IMG/VR virus record: IMGVR_UViG_3300032225_001111
Span: 1-59,412 of that record
Strand: one strand, 5' to 3'
DNA from: a virus
Taxonomy: Duplodnaviria > Caudoviricetes
DNA: 59,412 nucleotides
A model generated the notes under the pieces. The model was not told the origin of the DNA and searched no databases. It worked only from the letters and a program-made list of their open reading frames with translations. Below are positions 39,698-48,480 of the stretch, in pieces. How positions within the stretch are numbered: position 1 is the stretch's first letter; each line of letters opens with the position of its first letter. The translations under genes were made by a program, and so were the position numbers.

Positions 39698-39877
39698 ATG
39701 GCAAAAGGTCAAGTCACAGAAGTCGAAGGTGTTGTGATCATGGTGAGCCAACACGTCGAGATCGATCAAAAAGCATGTGAACACAAAATTGAAAATTGGG
39801 TTCACGAAATCTACGAAACAGGAATCCGCGATGCTTACTACTGCGGTGACTGTAATGAATTGATGCAAGTCGGCTAA
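39698..39877 (+). CDS. 59-aa protein with CEH...CGDC (not in ORF track)
   Basis: GAAAGGA RBS downstream of the promoter. Confidence 0.65.
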   Translation: MAKGQVTEVEGVVIMVSQHVEIDQKACEHKIENWVHEIYETGIRDAYYCGDCNELMQVG

Positions 39878-39907
39878 TCCAACAAACAACCACGAAGGAG
39901 AAATAAA

Positions 39908-40165
39908 ATGACAACATCAACAGAACACAAAATGACAGTTGAGTGCGTAACTGTTCTTAGCAAAATGACTAAGCGCGATGTCGCATCTTTGGTGCGATCA
40001 CTAACTGATGCGCTCGCTGAAACACCTTTTGATCAAATCGACGTGCGGATTGATTTACGCAACGAATACGGCGGCGCAAGATCATTGATCTCAGTAAATT
40101 CAAATTCAATCTTTGGTTCATTCGGCGTGATCACAGATTCCCGAATTATCGAGAAAGGCGAATAA
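39908..40165 (+). CDS. Hypothetical protein
   Basis: AACCACGAAGGAG motif and RBS. Confidence 0.7.
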   Translation: MTTSTEHKMTVECVTVLSKMTKRDVASLVRSLTDALAETPFDQIDVRIDLRNEYGGARSLISVNSNSIFGSFGVITDSRIIEKGE

Positions 40166-40167
40166 TC

Positions 40168-40620
40168 ATGTCAACAAGAGCGGCAATAGGAGTTCAGCAA
40201 GAAGATGGATCGATCAAGGCAATTTACTGCCATTGGGACGGATACCCTGACGGTGCAGGTTTGATGTTAGAAACATTCTATGGAAATCCTGATGATGCAA
40301 ATAAATTGATCGCAATGGGTCACGTTTCCATGATCGGCGCGACAATTGGTAAAAAAGTCGAATTTGGGAGTTATCAAGGTGGCGGTCAATGTGTTTTCTT
40401 TGGTCGCGATCGTGAGGAATCTTTCCAAGAAGCAGAAATTTTCTTATCGCTTGAAGATTTCAAAAACGCATTAGATAGTTGGGGCGTTCAGTATGCCTAT
40501 TTCATGGAAACCGATCATTGGGTTGCCTACAAGGTCGAGTATCCAGTTTATGACGAAGGCAAGTCAGTCAAGTTGTTAGGTCGACTAAGGGTCAAAGTCG
40601 AATTTGATCAAGTTGCCTAA
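40168..40620 (+). CDS. Conserved phage hypothetical protein
   Basis: STRAAIG...IYCHWDGYP motif. Confidence 0.75.
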   Translation: MSTRAAIGVQQEDGSIKAIYCHWDGYPDGAGLMLETFYGNPDDANKLIAMGHVSMIGATIGKKVEFGSYQGGGQCVFFGRDREESFQEAEIFLSLEDFKNALDSWGVQYAYFMETDHWVAYKVEYPVYDEGKSVKLLGRLRVKVEFDQVA

Positions 40621-40640
40621 CACGCTGTTGTTTATCTGAG

Positions 40641-40669
40641 TTGCAACTAAACCCCCGTTATGCAATAAT
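40641..40669 (+). promoter_or_regulatory. Repeated sigma70-type promoter
   Basis: TTGCAA-N17-AATAAT; spacer CTAAACCCCCGTTATGC. Confidence 0.75.
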
Positions 40670-40711
40670 AAAAGTGTCAGGAAATGACAACAAACCACGA
40701 AGGAGAAGATC

Positions 40712-41038
40712 ATGACTCAAGTAGCAGAAAAGAAATACGTCAGACAAGTAAGTGCAAAAGTATTGGTCGATCAAATCGGCATGATGAATGTCATGGCAAT
40801 AAGTGGCGGTCGTGTTATTGATCGTGGAACAGGAATCACTTTGCCAGTCGGTCACGGATACAGCGTTGAGATCGACTTGAACTTCATGGATTTCTACGAT
40901 GTCAAACGTGTCTACACAAGAGGCGGTAAGCGCGTGATCAAAGGTGAGGCAGTCGATGTCGATTGCTTCGAAATCGGTGAGGTTGCTTACAAGGCAAGTT
41001 GCTATGTAAATGTAAGTTTCGGAGAGGACAAAAAATAA
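40712..41038 (+). CDS. Hypothetical protein
   Basis: AACCACGAAGGAG motif and RBS. Confidence 0.75.
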   Translation: MTQVAEKKYVRQVSAKVLVDQIGMMNVMAISGGRVIDRGTGITLPVGHGYSVEIDLNFMDFYDVKRVYTRGGKRVIKGEAVDVDCFEIGEVAYKASCYVNVSFGEDKK

Positions 41039-41361
41039 TGGCAAAAGTAACAATTGTTTGGTGTGCGTTCGCGGGATCATGGAGCGCGGAACGCGAAAAA
41101 GAATCAGGTCGCAAGGGATACACAAAAGTCGAATTTGAAATGCCAGTAACTCCTGCGATCGAGGACGAAGTAATCTGCGATGAGTTATTCAAACAAACAA
41201 ATCTTTATCGCGGAAACATTTGGGATCAATTCAATGAGCAGTTCCCAAAGGATCGTTCACACACCGCGTTGAGCGTTGGTGACATGGTCGGTATTGATGA
41301 TCGTTTCTATTTCTGTGCCGACGTTGGTTGGGTCAAAGCATACGAGAAGGTAGGTGCATGA
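41038..41361 (+). CDS. Hypothetical protein (YodL-like motif)
   Basis: RSHTALSVGDMV..D..FYFC..VGW; TAATG overlap. Confidence 0.65.
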   Translation: MAKVTIVWCAFAGSWSAEREKESGRKGYTKVEFEMPVTPAIEDEVICDELFKQTNLYRGNIWDQFNEQFPKDRSHTALSVGDMVGIDDRFYFCADVGWVKAYEKVGA

Positions 41362-41549
41362 TGAAAATGGAACGCAAGTATGTAGTTCGCAGACGCGTGG
41401 TTTTTGCGATCATGGTATTGATCGTGTCCATGCTATTCGGATACGCAACGCATGACGTTTGCTACGTCGGACAACCTGATGGCAATTGGTTAGGTTACGG
41501 AAGTTGCACTCAAATGATCGACAACGTGTTGAATCAAGAAGGAAAGTAA
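41358..41549 (+). CDS. Small membrane protein
   Basis: YVVRRR followed by a TM segment. Confidence 0.6.
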   Translation: MMKMERKYVVRRRVVFAIMVLIVSMLFGYATHDVCYVGQPDGNWLGYGSCTQMIDNVLNQEGK

Positions 41550-41690
41550 TGACAAAACCAAAACCACCTAGAGGTTGGACATTCTGCGCAACAGAAGATT
41601 GTTACAACGAAAAGGAATACAACAATTCAAATACTGGTCGACTCAAGTATTGCCTTCAATGCCGAATTGCAAAAAACGCTAATTAGGTTG

Positions 41691-41719
41691 TTGAAACTCA
41701 ACGCGGGTTATGCAATAAT
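41691..41719 (+). promoter_or_regulatory. Repeated sigma70-type promoter
   Basis: TTGAAA-N17-AATAAT; spacer CTCAACGCGGGTTATGC. Confidence 0.7.
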
Positions 41720-41746
41720 CAAATCAACAACAAGAAAGGAAAACAA

Positions 41747-42043
41747 ATGGCAAGTAATCGAATCAAAGATTTAGTGATCGACATAGGCGATGTCTATGAA
41801 CAAATTGCTGAATCGATCGCAGACAAACTTCAAGAAATGAGTATCGAAGGTGTTGGTGATGATCAGAATACAAACTTCGACATTGAAGACGTGACTGTGG
41901 TTTTCAAAGACGGACAGTTTTACGCCAACATCGACCTTCAAAGAACCGAAGGCAAGTTTTGTAGCAATGCAGACCTTGAAGATGCGGTGATCAGCGAGAT
42001 CGGTAATCAAAAGATTACTGTTGAAGTAGAAATTCAAGCATAG
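41747..42043 (+). CDS. Acidic hypothetical protein
   Basis: AGAAAGGA RBS; Asp/Glu-rich. Confidence 0.7.
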   Translation: MASNRIKDLVIDIGDVYEQIAESIADKLQEMSIEGVGDDQNTNFDIEDVTVVFKDGQFYANIDLQRTEGKFCSNADLEDAVISEIGNQKITVEVEIQA

Positions 42044-42052
42044 GGAGAAATC

Positions 42053-42286
42053 ATGGCAAAAACGAAACCACGCGTCTTGCTAGTTGAATTGACGGAAAAG
42101 CAATTTATGGCATTAGCAACTGCGGTCGATGTATTTGACATTGAGTGCGATGATCAACTGGGCAGTCTCGACCCCGCAGATAAAAACGATCACAAATACA
42201 TCAAAGAGTGGTCGGAAAGTAAAGAAAGTCTCAACAATGGTTGGGTTGCAATTCGAAACGCATGGCACAAAGCAGGTGCAGTATGA
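42053..42286 (+). CDS. Hypothetical protein
   Basis: GGGAG RBS. Confidence 0.65.
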   Translation: MAKTKPRVLLVELTEKQFMALATAVDVFDIECDDQLGSLDPADKNDHKYIKEWSESKESLNNGWVAIRNAWHKAGAV

Positions 42287-42422
42287 CCCTTCTACTGGTG
42301 CTTACAGGGGCGATCGTTACAGGGTTGATCGTTTATGTCATTGATCATGACACCAAGCATGGATACGACTGCTTCCAACCCGAGAAATGGCAAAAGTAAA
42401 TTCGTGTCGTTATTCATCTGAG

Positions 42423-42452
42423 TTGACACCCTACGGGGGTAGTGCTTATACT
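42423..42452 (+). promoter_or_regulatory. Near-consensus sigma70 promoter
   Basis: TTGACA-N18-TATACT; spacer contains TACGGGGGTA. Confidence 0.75.
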
Positions 42453-42497
42453 GAAAGTGTAAGGAAGTGATCCGACTACCACGAAGGAGAACAGAAA

Positions 42498-42635
42498 ATG
42501 GAAAGAATTTACTTTGAGAAAAGTGAATGTGTTGCTTGTTTGATCAGTAAGCACAAAGAGTGCAAGAAGGTTGCTTTCATTGGTATGAAAAGCAAGCAAG
42601 TCGCATGCGGTTGCGGTTGCAAGGCAAGCAAATGA
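42498..42635 (+). CDS. 45-aa Cys-rich protein (not in ORF track)
   Basis: TACCACGAAGGAG RBS; CVAC...H.EC...CGCGC. Confidence 0.6.
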   Translation: MERIYFEKSECVACLISKHKECKKVAFIGMKSKQVACGCGCKASK

Positions 42636-42844
42636 GCAAGCAATGTAATCGATGCGGTAAAGCAGGATTGGTATGGAAACAATCTAAAAAAGGCAACTGG
42701 TATTTAGCAGTTGAGCAAAAGTGGCAAGGCGACATGTATGGCGCAATCCGCACTTTTTATCCAGCACACAAATGCGTTGAAGTTGAAAGTTATGAACGCA
42801 ACGAAAGTTTCTTATTCGACCTACAAGCAAGAAGTGGAGCATAA
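42632..42844 (+). CDS. Small Zn-binding protein
   Basis: CNRCG...W..S.KG.W...HKC; ATGA overlap. Confidence 0.65.
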   Translation: MSKQCNRCGKAGLVWKQSKKGNWYLAVEQKWQGDMYGAIRTFYPAHKCVEVESYERNESFLFDLQARSGA

Positions 42845-42942
42845 TCAAATAAATAATGGTTGCATCTTGTCAGAGGTGGAACTTATGATCACAGTATTCA
42901 AATCAACAATGGTTTGAAAATACAAAACCACGAAGGAGAAAA

Positions 42943-43923
42943 ATGTCAGATAACATCGAAATCATCAATGGCGAAGGCGCATTTTACGCATTTCGCGATC
43001 CAGCATGGCACAAACTTGGCACGATCACCACAGAGGCTAAGTCGGCTAATGAGGCACTTGAAATTGCTAAACTGGATTGGGAAGTTCAAAAGTATCCGAT
43101 CTACACAATTGCACCTGACGGAACGCAAATTGAAATCGACGGAAAGTTTGCGACAGGTCGAGTTCATAAGGAAGTCGGATTCTCAGCACTTGGCGTTGTA
43201 GGTAATTACTATGAGCCAGTTCAGAACATCGATTCATTTTCAATCTGCGACAACCTAATGTTTGAAGGCGGGTTGGGATTCGAAACTGCGGGATCACTTG
43301 ATCATGGTCGACGCGTGTTCGTGTCAATGGAAGTGCCAAAGCAAGTTGAAATTGGCAACAACAAAGATGCGGTCAAACTATTTGTAATGGTCACAAACTC
43401 GCATGACGGAACAAGTCCACTAACAATGGCGGTCACACCAGTTCGACCAGTTTGCGCTAACACAGTCAAACTTGCATTAGACAAAGCAGTATCGACCTAC
43501 AAGATTCGTCACACAAAGAACGCACAAGGACGCGTTGAAGATGCAAAGCAAGCACTAGGCATCACTTACAACTACTTTGATGAGTTCTCAGTTTGGGCAA
43601 ATCGTCTTTATGACAAGGAAATGAGTCGCGGCGAGTATGTGAACTTCGTCAAAGCACTTCTTCCTAAGCCAGTCGAAACTGAATTGAACAAGCGCACGAT
43701 CGAACTTTGGGATAACAAGTTTGGCGAAATCGTCAAGTTGTGGGATGCACCTACACAGGACAACATTCGCGGAACTGCATGGGCGGCGTATAACTCGATC
43801 GTCGAGTATGAGGATTGGTTCTCACCAATTCGCGGTAAAGACGTTGATGAACGTCGCGCCCAACGCATCATCGAAGGAACGAATACTGGACTGAAAGATA
43901 AGGCGTTCGCGCTCTTGTCATAA
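42943..43923 (+). CDS. DUF932-family phage/plasmid protein
   Basis: PAWHKLG, Y.PVQN, ETAGSL..GRRVF, NSHDG, TPVRPVCANT, RHT and GTAWAAYN motifs. Confidence 0.85.
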   Translation: MSDNIEIINGEGAFYAFRDPAWHKLGTITTEAKSANEALEIAKLDWEVQKYPIYTIAPDGTQIEIDGKFATGRVHKEVGFSALGVVGNYYEPVQNIDSFSICDNLMFEGGLGFETAGSLDHGRRVFVSMEVPKQVEIGNNKDAVKLFVMVTNSHDGTSPLTMAVTPVRPVCANTVKLALDKAVSTYKIRHTKNAQGRVEDAKQALGITYNYFDEFSVWANRLYDKEMSRGEYVNFVKALLPKPVETELNKRTIELWDNKFGEIVKLWDAPTQDNIRGTAWAAYNSIVEYEDWFSPIRGKDVDERRAQRIIEGTNTGLKDKAFALLS

Positions 43924-44008
43924 ATGCTTGGGGGCTTGATCGCTTCTTCCCCAATAACGATCAAGCCCCAGCAACCAAAACAATAACCACGAATGAAAGG
44001 AAGCGCAA

Positions 44009-44281
44009 GTGGCAGTTTCAGAGATCAAACGCGATCCATCGGATAACGTGTTGAAGGTTTATGTGCCTTTGACGATCCACGATTTAGACGAAATACTTAC
44101 AGCAATGAATTACTTTGAACCCGATGCAAACTATCAGTATGAACATGAACTTGGGTTTAGTGAACGAATCACCGAAAAGAAATACAGCACATTGATAGAC
44201 GCTCGTGAAATCATTTCAGATGCAAAAGACGCAATTGAAGTTGTGTTAGAAGAAGCAACGAAAGGATCGGTGATCGTATGA
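44009..44281 (+). CDS. Hypothetical protein
   Basis: GAAAGG RBS with upstream AACCACGA. Confidence 0.6.
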   Translation: MAVSEIKRDPSDNVLKVYVPLTIHDLDEILTAMNYFEPDANYQYEHELGFSERITEKKYSTLIDAREIISDAKDAIEVVLEEATKGSVIV

Positions 44282-44348
44282 AAACACTCGCGGTAATAAT
44301 TGTCATGACTAGCATCTTTAGTTTGACTTATTCGCTAGTAACAGGCAT

Positions 44349-44609
44349 TTGGAAGCAGTATCGAAAGTGATCATTGAAGCAACCCAAATCCAAGGCGGTT
44401 ACATCCTCACGCACTACGAGATTCCTGATCACATCAAGTTGCCGATCAATTGGAGAACGATGCCAACTGACGTTCGACTTGAATGGGTGAAGGCAAATGC
44501 CAAAGATCAATACGAGTTTGCTCGAAAGGTTGATCCTTGGTATGTCACCGATGTTTTTGAATTGCCAAACCCCATGCAAGAACCACCTACCACGAAGGAG
44601 AACGCATGA
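44349..44609 (+). CDS. Hypothetical protein (start uncertain)
   Basis: ORF track; stop overlaps the next ATG. Confidence 0.5.
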   Translation: MEAVSKVIIEATQIQGGYILTHYEIPDHIKLPINWRTMPTDVRLEWVKANAKDQYEFARKVDPWYVTDVFELPNPMQEPPTTKENA

Positions 44610-45106
44610 GTAAGAAAAGAAAAGCACCGAAAGGTAGTCCTTTGACTACATCGATCAAATGGACACCATTCCTAGAGGTCGAACCAAATGATAATCCGAT
44701 CGCGAGAGAAACTGATCCCGAAGGTTATGATCAAATGATGGCAGACTATAAATCGGGTCTGTTGAAAATGTATAAGAACAGCCTTTACACCTGCCATGTT
44801 AGGCAACTAGGCGCGCTCGGTGAAGATGGCACGTTATGGATTTCAATTAGATCGAATGATCGCAAGGCGGTTCGTGACTGGCGACATTTCCAGCGCATCA
44901 AGAATGAGTTGGCTGGCGATGAACGCGAGGCATTAGAAATTTATCCACGCGAGTCTGAATTGATCGATGAGGCAAATAGTTATCACCTTTGGGTGCTTGC
45001 TTCGACCGATCGCATGCCATTCGGGTTTCATGGCGAACGATCAGTAGGAACGGCTGAGGAAGCACAGGCGGTTGGTGCTGATCAGAGAGATCCCGAGGTC
45101 GAGTAA
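44606..45106 (+). CDS. Conserved hypothetical protein
   Basis: DWRHFQRIKNEL.G...EA.E.YP....L.D.AN.YHLW motif. Confidence 0.75.
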   Translation: MSKKRKAPKGSPLTTSIKWTPFLEVEPNDNPIARETDPEGYDQMMADYKSGLLKMYKNSLYTCHVRQLGALGEDGTLWISIRSNDRKAVRDWRHFQRIKNELAGDEREALEIYPRESELIDEANSYHLWVLASTDRMPFGFHGERSVGTAEEAQAVGADQRDPEVE

Positions 45107-45486
45107 TGGTGCAGGAGGCTCTTGACTTCAATGCGCCAGCCCCGATCGTCCATTGTGCCTGTTGTCCGACTCAGAAGGCGAATAGACGGGCTATTGATGC
45201 CAACGTAGTCCGAATAAGTCGCCGATCACAGGAAACGTCTGTAAAGGCGGCACAAGGCGTTTTACCACGCACAGGAACTAAACGTTGGACAGTATTTGAA
45301 ATGATCAAAGGCAATGGTAGTTTCGGGTTATGCGATCATGAAATTGAAGAATTGACAGGTTGGCGCATACCAACAGTCACAGCAACCCGAAATAGCCTTT
45401 TGAGAGATTATTGGATCTACGATTCAGGCGTAAGACGGAAAACACCTAGAGGAAATGAGGCAATTGTATGGATAGCGAGCAATTAG
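45106..45486 (+). CDS. Winged-helix DNA-binding protein
   Basis: ETS..AA...GLCDHEI...R..L...DSG.RR.T..G..A.VW. Confidence 0.7.
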   Translation: MVQEALDFNAPAPIVHCACCPTQKANRRAIDANVVRISRRSQETSVKAAQGVLPRTGTKRWTVFEMIKGNGSFGLCDHEIEELTGWRIPTVTATRNSLLRDYWIYDSGVRRKTPRGNEAIVWIASN

Positions 45487-45853
45487 AAGTCATCAAGCCT
45501 GTTTCGGTCTTTACGATCGAAGTGAAGTTACAGATTTTGGTCATTGGCGAGGATTACGAGGATGCCAGCGACAAGATCGATGCAGGACAAGGCACAGTCA
45601 TTGATCGTCAGCGCACGTTGGTTCGATCACTTGAAATCCCACGCGAATGATCGATTTATTTAGACGTTGGAAAACCTTTGAATGTCCAAACTGTGGAAAC
45701 GTTGTTCAAATAAAAAGTCGAAAGAGCGAGGATTATGACTGCCCTCAATGTGAAACCACGTTGGTATCAACTAAACCCCCGATGTAGACACGCCCAGTTA
45801 CTAAATGCGGGTTGTGGGAAATCTGTTACTATTTATGTTCAAGGAGGCTAGAC

Positions 45854-46180
45854 ATGAGCATTTACTCAACAACAGCACTACCATCACTTGACTTATTGGG
45901 TGGCGTTGAAGCATTGCAACGTTTACTTGATCAGAAAGCACATACTCACATTGCCAAGATTGCTTGGGATGATGAAAACTCTCGCACAATTGCGGTATTA
46001 GAAACTAATGGTCAGCAAAACGCCGTCAATGCAATTGCTGAAATCATGCAACGTTTTCAACTTGAATTGATCGAATGTCGTTCACTTGCCCACGCGGTAT
46101 CACTAGCATGCACGCTCGCGCATAACAAAGATGTTGTAGATTTCACAGGTTTTGTGAATAGCGACCCGTATTCGATTTAA
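45854..46180 (+). CDS. Hypothetical protein
   Basis: TGnTACTAT promoter and AAGGAGG SD support ATG 45854. Confidence 0.7.
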   Translation: MSIYSTTALPSLDLLGGVEALQRLLDQKAHTHIAKIAWDDENSRTIAVLETNGQQNAVNAIAEIMQRFQLELIECRSLAHAVSLACTLAHNKDVVDFTGFVNSDPYSI

Positions 46181-46186
46181 TTTAGA

Positions 46187-46320
46187 TGTTACACTTTTAG
46201 TTGTAGCAAACCTTGATCGCGTAAGCCATACGCGGCACAAGACCTTCAACCCGAAGGCAACTTACCCTTTACACAAACCACGATAGGTAAAGGCTAAGGA
46301 ACTGCGTCGATAGGTGATCG
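46187..46320 (+). promoter_or_regulatory. Promoter and multi-hairpin 5' leader of the transglycosylase gene
   Basis: TGnTACACT; three consecutive hairpins. Confidence 0.5.
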
Positions 46321-46764
46321 GTGAAAATCAAACAACATGGACAAAATTTAGTCATAGCAATTCTCATGATCCCGATAGGAATGGGATTAGGAATTTATGT
46401 GGGGAAAAATCCAACCCCGCCAAAACCAGTAATTGTAAAACCAATAGAACCGCAAGGTATTACCCCTGCGAGTGCTAAGAAATTGGCGATGAGCAAACTC
46501 GATGATTACGGCTGGAAGCAAAATCAATTTGTATGTCTAGACAAAATCTGGACTCATGAAAGTCATTGGAACTATAAAGCGGTTTCAAAAACTCATGATC
46601 ATGGCATTCCTCAAAGGAACATGCCCGATGCAAGCACTAAAGTCATTCATTCATTTATGAATGATCCAGTCGTTCAGATAAACTGGGGGTTGGCTTACAT
46701 CGAAAGTCGTTACCACACACCTTGCCGCGCTTGGGCGTTTTGGCAAACCCATCACTGGTATTGA
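46321..46764 (+). CDS. Membrane-anchored lytic transglycosylase (SLT/Rpf-like)
   Basis: N-terminal TM; CL..IW..ES.WN...GIPQ...QI.WGL.YI..RY..PC.AW. Confidence 0.85.
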   Translation: MKIKQHGQNLVIAILMIPIGMGLGIYVGKNPTPPKPVIVKPIEPQGITPASAKKLAMSKLDDYGWKQNQFVCLDKIWTHESHWNYKAVSKTHDHGIPQRNMPDASTKVIHSFMNDPVVQINWGLAYIESRYHTPCRAWAFWQTHHWY

Positions 46765-46790
46765 GGTTGATCGTCCTATAAACTCGCGCA

Positions 46791-47354
46791 ATGACAACCA
46801 TCATAGCGGTGCAAGGTAAAGACGGCGTTCGCTTTGGTGCGGATGCACAAGTAACTGCTGGCAATGGTCGTGTTGCTCGCCATACACAGATGGTAAAGAT
46901 CAGCGAGCGCGGTGTTTATGTGATCGCAGGATCAGGCGAGTGCGCCCCTTGCGACATAGCCCAACACATTTGGGAACCACCTTTGCCGAAGGCAACCGAT
47001 TACAACGACCTCTATCACTTTATGATCGCAAAAGTCATTCCTTCATTGAAGGCGTGTTTCAAAGAGCAAGAATACAAATGGAACGAACCCGATGATGATG
47101 AAACAAAATTTGCTTTCTTGATCGCGGTCGGCGGTCAAGTGTTTGAAGTCGCAGATGACATGAGTGTGATGCTCGATGGAAATGGTTTTTATGGTGTTGG
47201 GTCGGGATCAAGTTATGCGATCGGTGCATTATGCGCTGGATCAACAATTGAAGAAGCACTGAAAATCGCCGCCCGAAATGATGCCTATACCAGCGCGCCG
47301 TTCTTATACTATGAGCAAAAGACACGTCTAAAGACCACGAAGGCGGTAAAATAA
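46791..47354 (+). CDS. Proteasome-beta/HslV-like Ntn hydrolase
   Basis: MTTIIA N-terminal Thr, GAD.Q, K, GSGSSYA.GAL. Confidence 0.85.
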   Translation: MTTIIAVQGKDGVRFGADAQVTAGNGRVARHTQMVKISERGVYVIAGSGECAPCDIAQHIWEPPLPKATDYNDLYHFMIAKVIPSLKACFKEQEYKWNEPDDDETKFAFLIAVGGQVFEVADDMSVMLDGNGFYGVGSGSSYAIGALCAGSTIEEALKIAARNDAYTSAPFLYYEQKTRLKTTKAVK

Positions 47355-47358
47355 GTTC

Positions 47359-47616
47359 ATGGGAATTGCATTTGTAACGCATGACGTTGCTCGATCGATC
47401 TATGAGTATGCAGGAACAGACAACCTTCCTGACTTCAATGACCTTCCACCGACAGTTCAAATCTCTTATGTTGAAGAAGCAGAAGCCGCGATCAAAACAT
47501 TATGCAAGCACATGGTTGGTTTATCAGGACAAGTTGATCCATTAGAGGTTCGACCATTTGTTCAATCAGTAATCCTTGCGCTCGCTCATTCATTAGACCC
47601 AAGTTGCCATGACTGA
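47359..47616 (+). CDS. Hypothetical protein
   Basis: Leaderless TAAAAT-N6-ATG. Confidence 0.65.
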   Translation: MGIAFVTHDVARSIYEYAGTDNLPDFNDLPPTVQISYVEEAEAAIKTLCKHMVGLSGQVDPLEVRPFVQSVILALAHSLDPSCHD

Positions 47617-47753
47617 CTCAAAAATTCATCGTTGTAAATGCGGTGAGTGGGTTTATGGTGATCAAGAATGTATGGTCTGCGACATACTCGATAAGGTTCA
47701 AAAGCCTAAAAAAATCGACAAGTAAGTTACCCTTGACTTACGAGAAGGGTCAC

Positions 47754-48017
47754 ATGGACGAATCAGAGCAAAAGATAAAAGCAATCAATGATGCTATTCA
47801 AGGTCTTGCGACCCTTCTCGCTCCCGAAGGCGCAATGTGTACCACTTGGATCTTGGTCAGCGAATGGATAGACACAGACGGAAATTTCTGGTTTAGTTCT
47901 CATACTGAACCCGAACAACCAGTTTGGAAACAGATCGGAATGGTCGACCACGCTAAATCCGTAATGAAACAACGTTACGAAAGCGAAGTTATACGCAATG
48001 ATGATGGTGACGAGTAG
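47754..48017 (+). CDS. Hypothetical protein
   Basis: ATG 47754; W.LVSEW.D.DG...P.W...GM motif. Confidence 0.65.
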   Translation: MDESEQKIKAINDAIQGLATLLAPEGAMCTTWILVSEWIDTDGNFWFSSHTEPEQPVWKQIGMVDHAKSVMKQRYESEVIRNDDGDE

Positions 48018-48156
48018 TTTACTAACAGGCATAACTGTTGGCATGTTGTTCTCCTTCTTCAAATTTCCCATTCCTGCACCACCTACGTTTGCTGGCATTG
48101 TTGGCATTGTTGGTATTTGGTTAGGCATGATCATTATGGTTTGGTTTCGTAATTGA
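47998..48156 (+). CDS. XapX/DUF1427-like small membrane protein (not in ORF track)
   Basis: SLLTGITVGMLFSFFKFPIPAPPTFAGIVGIVGIWLG. Confidence 0.75.
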   Translation: MMMVTSSLLTGITVGMLFSFFKFPIPAPPTFAGIVGIVGIWLGMIIMVWFRN

Positions 48157-48461
48157 ATAAGCCCCCGCGTTACCCGCGAGTAACAGGATTCGAACCATGC
48201 GCCGTTACTGATCCCGAATTATGGTTTCCCGAACGTTCTAATCAATACATGAAAATCGCCGCAATTGCTAAACAACTTTGTCAGACATGTCCACTAATGT
48301 ATGAGTGTGCTGATTACGCCATTGGTACTGATGTCGAAGGCATCTGGGGCGGGACAGACGAAAAACAAAGGAAGGCAATTCAAAAAGCGCGAGGAATTGA
48401 ACCATTCAAATTCGTCAAACTTATGGTTGCTTTATTGGAACAAATGAACGCGAAAGCGTAA
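48153..48461 (+). CDS. whiB: WhiB-family transcription factor
   Basis: C...DPELWFP...AK.LC..CP....C...GIWGG. Confidence 0.93.
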   Translation: MNKPPRYPRVTGFEPCAVTDPELWFPERSNQYMKIAAIAKQLCQTCPLMYECADYAIGTDVEGIWGGTDEKQRKAIQKARGIEPFKFVKLMVALLEQMNAKA

Positions 48462-48480
48462 CCTAACGGGAGGTAGTGAA

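Noticed and set aside
39025-42452. CRISPR array
   Set aside because: The repeats are hundreds of bases apart, are separated by genes and match -35/-10 promoter geometry
46200-46320. c-di-AMP (ydaO) riboswitch or tRNA
   Set aside because: I could not find the ydaO conserved segments or tRNA T-loop/acceptor features; no tRNA genes were recognised anywhere in the window
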